Below are positions 1-9,568 of a stretch of DNA of 64,000 nucleotides, in pieces. The notes under the pieces are model-generated. The model did not search any database. It was not told where the DNA came from and was given only the letters and a program-made list of their open reading frames with translations. Position numbers and translations under genes: made by a program. The stretch covers positions 3,808,001-3,872,000 of the forward strand of contig OZ244170.1 of the NCBI GenBank assembly GCA_965216565.1, written 5' to 3'. The stretch comes from Bythopirellula sp. GTDB lineage: Bacteria; Planctomycetota; Planctomycetia; Pirellulales; Lacipirellulaceae. The stretch's first letter is position 1, and every line of letters begins with the position of its first letter.

Positions 1-888
1 TTGCATCGGCATATCGGGGAAGACATTGATGTCCCCGCTGGAGATATCGGTGTGGGCTCGCGTGAAATCAGTTACATGTTCGGTCAGTATATGCGGCTCG
101 AGAATCGCTGGTCGGGTGTCATGACTGGCAAAGGACAAACTCACGGGGGTAGCGCGGTCAGAACCGAAGCAACCGGCTGGGGTTGCGTCTACTTCTTAGA
201 AAATATGCTGAACCATGCGGACGAAGAAATTGCTGGCAAGCGCATAGCCATCTCCGGTTCTGGAAACGTAGCGATCTACGCCGCTGAAAAAGCACTAGAA
301 AAAGAAGCCAAGGTTATTTCGCTAAGCGATTCGGACGGCTTTGTTGAGATCGAGGATGGGCTCAACGAAGAGCAGTGGGAATTTGTGCGAGACTTGAAAG
401 AAAACCGCCGCGGACGCATTTCCGAAATGGCAGACAAGTTCGCAGGCGTCACGTTTCACAAGGATGAGGCGCCTTGGGGGTTGAAATGCGACGTGGCCAT
501 GCCGTGTGCAACGCAGAATGAACTCGACGATAAAGCTGCTAAAACCTTAGTCGACCAAGGTGTTCTTGCCGTCTGCGAAGGAGCCAACATGCCCACGACC
601 GCCGCCGCGGCTGAGGTTTTCGAAGAGTCCAAGGTACTTCACGCACCGGGCAAGGCGTCCAACGCCGGAGGCGTGGCGGTGAGTGGCCTGGAACAGAGCC
701 AAAATGCCATGCGTATTAGTTGGTCGCGGGAAGAAGTAGATCAACGATTACGCTCTATCATGAGCGACATCCATCAGCGGTGCACAGAAGCTAGCGGAAG
801 CGAGAATCACTTCAACTACGTGGACGGGGCCAATCTGGCGGGCTTCCAAAAAGTGGCGAAGGCAATGCTGGCCTATGGTGTGACTTGA
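1..888 (+). CDS. gdhA: NADP-specific glutamate dehydrogenase (5' end outside window)
   Basis: Motifs DVPAGDIGVG, RTEATGWG, GSGNVA, PCATQNE, EGANMP, PGKASNAGGVAVSGLE. Confidence 0.95.
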   Translation: MHRHIGEDIDVPAGDIGVGSREISYMFGQYMRLENRWSGVMTGKGQTHGGSAVRTEATGWGCVYFLENMLNHADEEIAGKRIAISGSGNVAIYAAEKALEKEAKVISLSDSDGFVEIEDGLNEEQWEFVRDLKENRRGRISEMADKFAGVTFHKDEAPWGLKCDVAMPCATQNELDDKAAKTLVDQGVLAVCEGANMPTTAAAAEVFEESKVLHAPGKASNAGGVAVSGLEQSQNAMRISWSREEVDQRLRSIMSDIHQRCTEASGSENHFNYVDGANLAGFQKVAKAMLAYGVT

Positions 889-969
889 GTCTATTGGGGT
901 GCGAGTCCGCGTTGTTCCCTGGCACCTTGAAATCGATCCAGTAGTTTCTGCCATTCGCAGAGCACATGC

Positions 970-3747
970 CTAAACTCTTTTCACCGCATCTTCGCGCGCT
1001 CTGCGTCTCGAATAGAAAACTAGGGCCATCAAAACCAACGCCGACCCACTAGGCTCCGGCACGGTATTCACTGTCGCCACCAGCGACGAAACGCTCATGC
1101 CAAACTGCTGCTGCCAGATGAGAAAATCGAGCCCGTCGCTGCGCCCGTCGCCGTTGGCGTCGCCACTTTGGAACGGGTGCAACTGACTGTTTCCGTAAGT
1201 CGACTGCCAAACGCTGCGGTCTGCAAGATCAACCATGCCATCGGCATTGAAATCGGCCGCGATCGCTGGGACGACGCCCAACAAAATGTTCGGCTGACTT
1301 GGGTTTGTCTCGTAGACCAGATTCCAACGCAACTCGGCTGGCAACTCTGGCAATGTGACTTCATCGAACTCGCCCGAGAGCGTATCCAAAGAGTTGGTGA
1401 ACAGATTGAAATACGCATTCGCGGGAGGCACGTAATTTGGGTCGCCTGGGTCGCCCAACGACACGTCCAGCTTGGCACTATCAAGTGTGATCGACCCATC
1501 TACATCAAAGATGGGCGGATCAAAAGGCTCGGCGCCGTTTAAATTCAACTTGAGTGTCCCGCCACCCGAAAGGGAATAGTCTCCGCTGATTTCCGTTGGC
1601 ATTTGATCGGCTCGCAGTTCCAACACGCCGCCTGTTTGGGTTAAGTCTCCGCTGAATTCGCCTACATTCTTAAGCGTCCCTCCGGAAAACACAAACTGCG
1701 AGGAAAGATCAATATCTCCTCCACCCATATCGAGAACACCGCCCAGCAAGTTCAATGTGCTGCCACTTTCGACCCGAAGCCTACCAAAGGCGATTTCCAG
1801 ATTACCGCCGCTGTCGATCGTGAGCGTACTATTAAAGAGCTCCACATTAGATGTCAGGAGCCGAGATCCGATTCCTTGGATTTGCACAGCTGAACTATCA
1901 ACTAAGAGCGTCGGAGTCTCAACAGCTCCGCCCGAATTCACCTCGAGCGAGGCACCGAAAGAAGCAAAGAAGCTGTCCGACCTCAAAATCGAGTTGGGGT
2001 CGCTCACTTCCAGCATGGATGTATTTACCAATTCTACTTCGTCAGAAACGACAACCTTAGCTCCCGCTTCCACGATTAGCTGTCCAGTTGCTCCGGAATT
2101 GAGACTTCCGATCTCCAGGCCGCGCGAGATATTCCAAGCCGATCCGCTGCCGGTTACCGTTGCATCACCTTGTCCCCCGGTCCCAAATCCGAGGTAAGCA
2201 TCCGTGCTCGCTATCTGCTGTGCATCGGCAATGTGAAGCGTGCTCGAGCCCCGGTACCCCGCCCCCAAAGGTTGACTGGAAGATAGTTGTAGATTGACCG
2301 TGACGTTTTGATTCGGATCGCTGTTTAAAACAATCTGCTGCGTTGTGCCGGAGGTCTGATCGAAGACCAAGTCGATGTCAGTAACCAATCCTAGTGCATT
2401 GATAGTTCCTGTTCCTGTGAGGTCGTGCCGTGAGGCAAACAGACTGCCCGCATCCAGTGTGCCATTGCCGAAATGAATTTCGCTTCCTACCGCACTGCTC
2501 TCGCGAGTCACCAACACTTCGCTGGCAACTTCCACCACGGCGCTGTTTTCAATCAGCAGCCGACCCACGCCACGATTTCCCACGTCGAGGTTGTCATTGA
2601 TCTGCCACTTGGTACCGATGCCATCAATCGTTGCGGTCCCCATGGAACCAACGTTATTGCCCAGCATAGCCTGTCCGTCGGTCACTAGCTGACGCCCTTC
2701 AGAGATGGTCATCGTTCCGACGCCATCGTGACCCACACCTAAAGGTCCCGGCTGTGTATGGTCGAGATTCACCACCACGTTCTGCCCGGGGTGACTATTG
2801 AACGTCCACTGTTGCTGAGGACCTTGGGTTGAGTTGAACGTAAGATTGCTATCTACCACAGCCCCGGTGATGTTTGCCGTTCCCGAACCGGTAAATCTGT
2901 TTGGATCAAACCATAAGCCGTGCGCATCGATCGTTCCTGAATTGAGACTTACTTGGCTAGTGGCACCACTAGATTCTTCAATGATCAGATCACCGACGAC
3001 TTCTACGAGGCCCCCATTGGAAACGCTCAAGCTGTTTTGCCAAACGGTCCCCAGCGTCACGAGCATCGCACCCGTTTTCTTGAGGGTCGAACCGGCACCG
3101 TCCACGCTTACGGTACCCGTTCGGTAAATGTTCTTTGCAAACTGGCTGTCGGCGGTAACCGTGCCGCCCGCAGTGTTGATTTCGACAGCCCCTCCATCGC
3201 TGATATGCAGACTTCCTTCAGTGCCGCTATAGATGTCCCCGACACGAAAGAAGATCTGGCTTGAATCCCACCGAGAACCAGCGCCCGACACATGGACCGT
3301 GCCATTGCTCATTGCTGTACCACTACCCGAGCCAATCCAGCCCTGACCAGTCTGCAAGTTCGCGCTCCCCGTGACTTCTACAATCCCTTGTCCCCTCATG
3401 CCCACTCGAAAATCAGCTCCCCCGGACCATTGGGTTCCGGTTCCGTCCAATAACAAGCTACCCTGGGAACCCAGGTCCACACCAATCCATGTCTGATTGC
3501 TATCCACCTGAGAGCCGGAGGTGACTGACAACGCTCCCACACCACTACGCCCAATCCGCATAAGATTGGTAACCAGAGGGTCGACCACAGGATTGGTCAA
3601 TAATACCGCATTCGACGAAGAACCAGACCACACGTCCGCGGCTCCAGTGGAATTCGGATCAATCGTAATGGTCGCCCCAGCCAGAGAACCCCCGCAGAGG
3701 ACTATTCCAATGCAAAAGATTTGGTAAATCGTGATGTACCGCTGCAC
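970..3747 (-). CDS. Secreted PEP-CTERM protein with T5SS/PEP-CTERM-type beta repeats and a dockerin-like module
   Basis: Signal peptide; repeated GxxGxGxLxI/VxGxGSxW units; ADFNADGMVD...GDANGDGRSDGLDFLIWQQQFG; VPEP + TM helix + RRR. Confidence 0.9.
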   Translation of the reverse strand: MQRYITIYQIFCIGIVLCGGSLAGATITIDPNSTGAADVWSGSSSNAVLLTNPVVDPLVTNLMRIGRSGVGALSVTSGSQVDSNQTWIGVDLGSQGSLLLDGTGTQWSGGADFRVGMRGQGIVEVTGSANLQTGQGWIGSGSGTAMSNGTVHVSGAGSRWDSSQIFFRVGDIYSGTEGSLHISDGGAVEINTAGGTVTADSQFAKNIYRTGTVSVDGAGSTLKKTGAMLVTLGTVWQNSLSVSNGGLVEVVGDLIIEESSGATSQVSLNSGTIDAHGLWFDPNRFTGSGTANITGAVVDSNLTFNSTQGPQQQWTFNSHPGQNVVVNLDHTQPGPLGVGHDGVGTMTISEGRQLVTDGQAMLGNNVGSMGTATIDGIGTKWQINDNLDVGNRGVGRLLIENSAVVEVASEVLVTRESSAVGSEIHFGNGTLDAGSLFASRHDLTGTGTINALGLVTDIDLVFDQTSGTTQQIVLNSDPNQNVTVNLQLSSSQPLGAGYRGSSTLHIADAQQIASTDAYLGFGTGGQGDATVTGSGSAWNISRGLEIGSLNSGATGQLIVEAGAKVVVSDEVELVNTSMLEVSDPNSILRSDSFFASFGASLEVNSGGAVETPTLLVDSSAVQIQGIGSRLLTSNVELFNSTLTIDSGGNLEIAFGRLRVESGSTLNLLGGVLDMGGGDIDLSSQFVFSGGTLKNVGEFSGDLTQTGGVLELRADQMPTEISGDYSLSGGGTLKLNLNGAEPFDPPIFDVDGSITLDSAKLDVSLGDPGDPNYVPPANAYFNLFTNSLDTLSGEFDEVTLPELPAELRWNLVYETNPSQPNILLGVVPAIAADFNADGMVDLADRSVWQSTYGNSQLHPFQSGDANGDGRSDGLDFLIWQQQFGMSVSSLVATVNTVPEPSGSALVLMALVFYSRRRAREDAVKRV

Positions 3748-3884
3748 AAGAGAGTCCTTACCGTACTTCTAGCTGACATTCAAAAAGAGACACCGTTCCG
3801 CGATCATCGATGCTCTCTACTATATCAATCGGTAAGGTGGAACACTAGTTTTTTACTTCTGGGTAATGGCTCACTGGTAAGTTC

Positions 3885-3916
3885 GTAGGCTGGGCTAAAG
3901 CGAAGCGGCAGCCCAC
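3885..3916 (+). repeat. GTAG-type REP palindrome
   Basis: GTAGGCTGGGCTAAAGCGAAGCGGCAGCCCAC; related copy on the minus strand at 22154-22184. Confidence 0.7.
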
Positions 3917-3929
3917 AAATTCTAGCTGG

Positions 3930-6422
3930 TTAGAATCTCATCAAACGGTGGGCAATCGCTGCGCTGTGGTCCACCCTGCAGCTGTCACTCTGTCTAAACA
4001 ATCCCCGACGATTCAAACAGAGAATCAACGCTATTGAAACCAACACCACCCAGTTCGGCTCCGGCACGTTAGTCGCTGCTGCCACCAAAGGCGTCGGCAC
4101 GCCCAATCCGAATTGCTCCTGCCAAATCAGGAAGTCCAGGCCATCGCTGCGCCCATCGTTGTTGGCGTCGCCAACCGCTGTGCTGGCATACGCCGCTTCC
4201 CACAGACCTAGGTCGTCGTTATCGACGTCGCCGTCTTCATCGAAGTCGGCATCGAAAAAGTCGACGGTCGCGATTTCTAGGCTCACCGCGTTGGGGTCGG
4301 TTAAATAGTCAACCGGGTCCCAAGTGACAAATCTCCCGCCCAGAGCGTCGGGAAAGTTCACCGAGGCAAATGTGCCACTGATGGCATTGGAAGATTGGAT
4401 AATCGTAAACCGATCCCCCGCCGTCGGCGTGTACCCACCCGTGTCGAGCGCCAACACATCGAGCGTGCCGCCCAGGGTAAACGCCGAATTGGGATCGCCC
4501 GAGCCATCGAGTTGGTCGTGCTCCGTTCCTGGTGTGAGCCCGCCAATTTCGAGGGCCACTCGGCCAAGATTCACCACGTCGTAGCTGCCCTCAATGTCGG
4601 CGATCGTCGTGCTATCTCCCGGAGAGTGAATTCCGAAATCGATCGAAAAGCTGCCATCGATCACGACATTCTTCAGAGTGCCAGTTCCTGTGAGTGTGCT
4701 GAAAACTCTAATCGGCTCGGCTGGTGAATCACCTTCGATTCGTCCGTTGTTCACCACACTGCCAATGAGCCAACCGTCGCCGCGGATGGTATGCCCGGCA
4801 GCCTGAGTCAGTACGCCGTTAACGGTACCGCCACGGATACGTGCGATTTGATTGCCGACGGTGTTCACCACAATCTCACCTGTACCATCCAGTGTGAGAC
4901 TGCTGTCGTATTCCAAGGTTGATACAGTATTGACACTGGTGCTATTCACGGTGATGGTGCCATTGTTAGTGATCCCCGACCCTGCCAAATTCATTCTCAA
5001 ACCTGCGGGGATGTTGACGACACTTCCAGTGGTAATAGTAAGATCGCGCAGCACAGGGTCTTGCGTCACGACCGTAATGGCACCGCTGCCCGTGGTCGTG
5101 AGACTACCACCGGTAATTGACGTGGTTCGCAATTCGACCGCTCCGCCATCGGCGGCTTCAATCACCCCCGAGGAACCTTGGGTGGTGGTCGAGTTGCTCG
5201 ATTGGAAAAGTAGCGTCGCACCTGAATCTGCCCGCATCAATCCGTTGTTCGTCATGGTGGAATTTTGAGACAACACCGATTCGGTAAGCGCCTGTGCGAG
5301 AATTGTCCCGTCGTTGACGAAATTGATTCCATTGAGCGTACCTGCTCCTCGGATCGTGTGACTGGAACCATTGGTTAATTGAACATTGGCGGTGACCACG
5401 GATCGAGAGGTCTCTCCGTCAAGGAGAACTTCTCCACTGCCGTCAATAGTTCCGGGAGAGCTGAATCGCAACTCGGCAACACCCCCACCCTGTCCATCGA
5501 GCGTAATCACTGAGTTGTTAATGATACCTGCACTTGTCCCAACAAGATCGCCAGACCCGGCAGTCATAATCGCGTTGAAGGGAGCATTGAGCGTAATGCC
5601 GGACAAGGTGGTAGCCGAATTCACATTCATCTGATTGAACGAACCACCCCCGACCGTCTCCAGCGATCCTCCCGCGAGCACCGTATTCACTCCGCTGAAA
5701 AACATATTGTCCGTATCGGCGATCAACTGCCCTCCGACGCCTTGCGAGTAGGCAACGTTGTTCATCGTGATCGAAGCACCAGGCGAAGTGCGTAATTGTC
5801 CGTTGTTGATGAAGGACATGTTATCCATGATGAACTTTGCCGACGAATCTCCTGACGTCTCTTCTGCTTGGAACACACCGTTGTTGATCCAGTGCAGTTG
5901 GATGGTGCCTTCGCCGCGAATCGTGTGCCCCACCCCGTTGGTCACTGGAACGCCGGCATTCGAGCCCCCCGTGACCACGGCTTTCGAACCAACCAGGTTG
6001 TCACTGTTGAGGAGGACTACTTCCCCGGTACCTGAAATGGTCGACAGGTTTCCAGGATTGAAACCGGAGGGAATCGCAGTTCCGTCGCCCACGTTGATTG
6101 TTCCATCGTTCACTATGCTGGAACCAGTGGGCTGCAGGGTGCCCGTCGTGATATCAATCGTGCCGCTGTTTTCCAGATCGCCAAAAATTTCCAGCGTGTT
6201 TACCTCAGGATTGCCGCCGACGATCGCCTTATCGGCTGGGCCTGGTTGCGTGTCATCCGACCAGTTGGCACTGGAATCCCAAAAACTGTTGTTGGGATCG
6301 CCGTCATCCCAAGTCCTGTCGACAGCGTGAGCTGTTGTGCAGAAAAGAAGAACGCCCTGGAAAGACAACATGGCAACCAGTGCAGAGAACAGCCCAGAGA
6401 ATATCGCAGAGCGCATTCGCAT
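3930..6422 (-). CDS. Secreted PEP-CTERM beta-repeat protein with dockerin-like module
   Basis: ATG at 6422 after GGAGG; signal peptide; repeated GHTIRGxGxL/INNG units; DADFDEDGDVDNDDL...GDANNDGRSDGLDF; VPEP-TM-RR. Confidence 0.9.
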   Translation of the reverse strand: MRMRSAIFSGLFSALVAMLSFQGVLLFCTTAHAVDRTWDDGDPNNSFWDSSANWSDDTQPGPADKAIVGGNPEVNTLEIFGDLENSGTIDITTGTLQPTGSSIVNDGTINVGDGTAIPSGFNPGNLSTISGTGEVVLLNSDNLVGSKAVVTGGSNAGVPVTNGVGHTIRGEGTIQLHWINNGVFQAEETSGDSSAKFIMDNMSFINNGQLRTSPGASITMNNVAYSQGVGGQLIADTDNMFFSGVNTVLAGGSLETVGGGSFNQMNVNSATTLSGITLNAPFNAIMTAGSGDLVGTSAGIINNSVITLDGQGGGVAELRFSSPGTIDGSGEVLLDGETSRSVVTANVQLTNGSSHTIRGAGTLNGINFVNDGTILAQALTESVLSQNSTMTNNGLMRADSGATLLFQSSNSTTTQGSSGVIEAADGGAVELRTTSITGGSLTTTGSGAITVVTQDPVLRDLTITTGSVVNIPAGLRMNLAGSGITNNGTITVNSTSVNTVSTLEYDSSLTLDGTGEIVVNTVGNQIARIRGGTVNGVLTQAAGHTIRGDGWLIGSVVNNGRIEGDSPAEPIRVFSTLTGTGTLKNVVIDGSFSIDFGIHSPGDSTTIADIEGSYDVVNLGRVALEIGGLTPGTEHDQLDGSGDPNSAFTLGGTLDVLALDTGGYTPTAGDRFTIIQSSNAISGTFASVNFPDALGGRFVTWDPVDYLTDPNAVSLEIATVDFFDADFDEDGDVDNDDLGLWEAAYASTAVGDANNDGRSDGLDFLIWQEQFGLGVPTPLVAAATNVPEPNWVVLVSIALILCLNRRGLFRQSDSCRVDHSAAIAHRLMRF

Positions 6423-6515
6423 CTGACACCTCCCCAAAGATCGATCAGTCGAAGCAATGCTGAAAGTCTAGCTACCAACTATTGTTAAGCCATCCTTTGA
6501 CAAACGCAACAATTT

Positions 6516-9392
6516 TTAGCGTCTGGCACGCTTTCGGGGCCGTAACAGCCAGCTGGAAGTCAACAGTGTGAAACAGCTTACGATTCCCCCTGGCTCCGGC
6601 ACGACGGCCACTACCGCAATCCCCCCCAAGGTGCCGGTGTATTGCTCCTGCCAAATGAGAAAATCGAGCCCGTCGCTGCGTCCGTCATCGTTGGCATCGC
6701 CGACATCAGTGCTTCCGTAAGCCGCTTCCCACAGACCCAAGTCGGCGTTGTCCACATCGCCGTCTTCGTCGAAGTCGGCGGTGAACTCGGCTAGATAGTT
6801 GCTCAGCATGATCAAGTCGTTGGGGAAGTCAAGCGTCACTTCGAACGATCCCAAACCACTGGCGATGTCGAGCCGACCACCGTTGACAACGTTGTCGAAT
6901 CCGCCAACAAGCACGTCTGACGAGAGAATGATGAACTCGTCGGTCGCGTCGGGTGTGAAGCCGTTGATCAGCGCGAGCTGCAAGTCGCCGTCGATGTTTG
7001 CCATGCCGGTGACGTTCACAAAGTCGAACTCCGTGCCCTGCAGGTCGCCGCCAATCTCGATCTCCAGTGCGGCCCCGGTTTGCTGGATGTAATCTCCGAT
7101 AATCGTGGTGCTACCGGGCGAAGCGCCGGGGGAGAGCGTGCCACCCTGGTTGGTCAGGTCGCCGTCGAACGTTTCGACACTCAGCGTGCCGCCGGTGAAG
7201 CTGAACAACCCGCCGGAGGTGTGTTCGATGGTGGTGGCGTTCAGGGCACCGCCGCTGAGGCTGACCCTGCCGGTGGCGAACACTCGGGTGGTGCCCGTGC
7301 CGGTGGTCAGTGTGCCGCCGTTTTGCACGTTGATTCTTGCCGTGCCGGTTCCGTTGTTGCTGCCGAGGGTGAGCAACGACGCCCCGGTTTGGGTGAGCGT
7401 CGAACCGGCGCCGTTGATGGTGATCGTGGCGGTGGCGTCGCCGCCTGACGTGGCGATGCTCAGGTTGTCCGTGGTGACCGCTGCACCCGTCTCGACCGTC
7501 AGGTTACCGGTCGTGCCACTAACGGTTGAACCCGCGATAGAAGTTCCGCGAAAAATGCCGCTGGCCTGATTGCGAATCGTGACATCTGCGGTGTTGCCGG
7601 CGGAGCCCATACTGGAGCTATTCGTGACCGTGACGGAGGAGCCGGCCCCGTCGACGACGAGCGTTCCATCTCCTCCACTCAAGCCGATGCCAAGTGCGTC
7701 CACCGTAAGAACGGCGGTGCTGTTGATATCGAATGTTGTGCCATCTTCGATGAGGTAGAAGCCAAAGTTAGCCTGTCCGCCGTTGGAGGCAGTAAGGGTC
7801 TGCCCTGTAGCCAACTGGAAATCGGTTCCGCCGTCGATATTGAGCGTGCCACCGTTGATGATGACCGGGCCGTTCGCGTTGAACGTGCCCTGGCCCGAGA
7901 GACCGACGTTGATCGTCCCCGTGGCATTGATCCCGGTCGCCCCCGTTCCGGTGGTGAATGTGCCGCCGTTTTGCACGTTGATCGTAGCCGAGCCGCTGCC
8001 GGTGGCACTACCGACGGCGAGTATCGCCGCACCGGTTTGGGTGAGCGTCGAGCCGAAGCCGTCGACGGTGACCGTGCCGGTATCCCCACCGCCGTTGGTG
8101 CTGATAAAAATACTTTCCGTGTTCAGGGCTGCGCCGAAGGTGCCGTCATTTCGAACTGACAGGTTGCCGACTGTGGCGTTGTTTAGAGTATCGGCTATGT
8201 CGATGTCGCGCAAATTTCCGATCGCCTGGTCACGAAACGTGACATCGCCGGAGGCGCCGTTGCCGCCAATAAAACTAGAACCCGTTGCCGTGACAGTGCT
8301 GCCGATTCCTTCGGCCAGCAAAGTGCCGTCGCTGTTAAACCCTACGTCGAGGTTATTTCCAACATCAAGGTCAGCGCCGCTGTTGAACTCGAATGTTGTG
8401 TTGTTGATCGAGTAGGAGTTACTAAACACAACCTGCCCGTCGTTGGAAGCATTGAGTACCTGCCCCCCAGCCAACTGAAATTCGTCCGCGTCGCCGACGT
8501 TGAGCGTGCCGCCGTCAACGTTGACCGGGCCGCTGGCGTTAAACGTGCCTTCGCCCGTGAGGCCGGCGTTGACCGTCCCGGTGGCGTTGATCGTGGTGGT
8601 GCCACCGACGTTGAGCGTTCCGTCACCGGTGATAGTCAAACTGCCTGCACCTCCGGAAGAACTGCCGACGATTGCCTGATCGGCGATGGTCGCATCGGAC
8701 GCCGCACCATCGATGGTTGCCATGCCTACGGCACCGGTGGTATTGGTGGCAATGTTCAGATCATTCGTGAAGAGGCGACCGCCGGACTGAATCGTGAGGA
8801 AGCCCTGCGTTGCATTGAAACTAGACACGCCGATGTCGAGCGTGGCGTCTCCAAACTCGGCAACTCCGCTGTTTTGGAGCGTCAAAGTTCCCTGACCCCC
8901 GCGTCCGCCGATGGGATGGGCTCGGCTGGTTCCCAGCATCGTTAGTGCCGAGCCGTCGCCACTGACGGTCAACTCTCCAACCGAGCTGGACGACGCTGTT
9001 CCCACGGCGAGAATCGCATCGGCACCACCCAGTTGCACAGGTGTACCGGTTGCGCCAACGACGAGTGTGCCATCGATCTCAACATCCTCGTCGACATCAT
9101 CGCCATCGGTCGAGATGGTGTAGGCCCAGTTCGCAGCGGAGTCGCTCAGAAAACTGACACTGCCTGCGGAGACGATTAGTTCCTGGCTAAACTCATCTTG
9201 CGTGAAGGTGACGTTGTACGTGCCTGCTTCGTTGAACACCGCGTCGTCCGCCGCGCCGGGCACTGTGTTTGGATCCCAGTTGGCGGAATTGTCGAAATCC
9301 CCCGAGACAGGGTCTTCCCACTCAATGACCGCCGCATGGGCAGTGTTCCCAAAGAGAGTTACCCAACAAACCAACCACAGCAGACACTTCAT
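6516..9392 (-). CDS. Secreted PEP-CTERM beta-repeat protein with dockerin-like module
   Basis: Signal peptide; internal long repeats (TLTQTGA...INVQNGGT.TTGTG); dockerin-like pair; VPEP-TM-RPRKRARR. Confidence 0.92.
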   Translation of the reverse strand: MKCLLWLVCWVTLFGNTAHAAVIEWEDPVSGDFDNSANWDPNTVPGAADDAVFNEAGTYNVTFTQDEFSQELIVSAGSVSFLSDSAANWAYTISTDGDDVDEDVEIDGTLVVGATGTPVQLGGADAILAVGTASSSSVGELTVSGDGSALTMLGTSRAHPIGGRGGQGTLTLQNSGVAEFGDATLDIGVSSFNATQGFLTIQSGGRLFTNDLNIATNTTGAVGMATIDGAASDATIADQAIVGSSSGGAGSLTITGDGTLNVGGTTTINATGTVNAGLTGEGTFNASGPVNVDGGTLNVGDADEFQLAGGQVLNASNDGQVVFSNSYSINNTTFEFNSGADLDVGNNLDVGFNSDGTLLAEGIGSTVTATGSSFIGGNGASGDVTFRDQAIGNLRDIDIADTLNNATVGNLSVRNDGTFGAALNTESIFISTNGGGDTGTVTVDGFGSTLTQTGAAILAVGSATGSGSATINVQNGGTFTTGTGATGINATGTINVGLSGQGTFNANGPVIINGGTLNIDGGTDFQLATGQTLTASNGGQANFGFYLIEDGTTFDINSTAVLTVDALGIGLSGGDGTLVVDGAGSSVTVTNSSSMGSAGNTADVTIRNQASGIFRGTSIAGSTVSGTTGNLTVETGAAVTTDNLSIATSGGDATATITINGAGSTLTQTGASLLTLGSNNGTGTARINVQNGGTLTTGTGTTRVFATGRVSLSGGALNATTIEHTSGGLFSFTGGTLSVETFDGDLTNQGGTLSPGASPGSTTIIGDYIQQTGAALEIEIGGDLQGTEFDFVNVTGMANIDGDLQLALINGFTPDATDEFIILSSDVLVGGFDNVVNGGRLDIASGLGSFEVTLDFPNDLIMLSNYLAEFTADFDEDGDVDNADLGLWEAAYGSTDVGDANDDGRSDGLDFLIWQEQYTGTLGGIAVVAVVPEPGGIVSCFTLLTSSWLLRPRKRARR

Positions 9393-9568
9393 AGCAATCT
9401 ACCTCAGTCCAAGATGCAGTTCAGAATGGTCTCTTCCGAGGAGATTACATTTCTGGTAAGGCAAGGGCTTCTAGACAGGCAACGGGGTATTGTTTTCGAG
9501 GGGGGCATTATCGTCGAGTGACGAAGCGAATGCAAGAAATTTGGCCAGAGCCCTGCCGAGGGATCTCG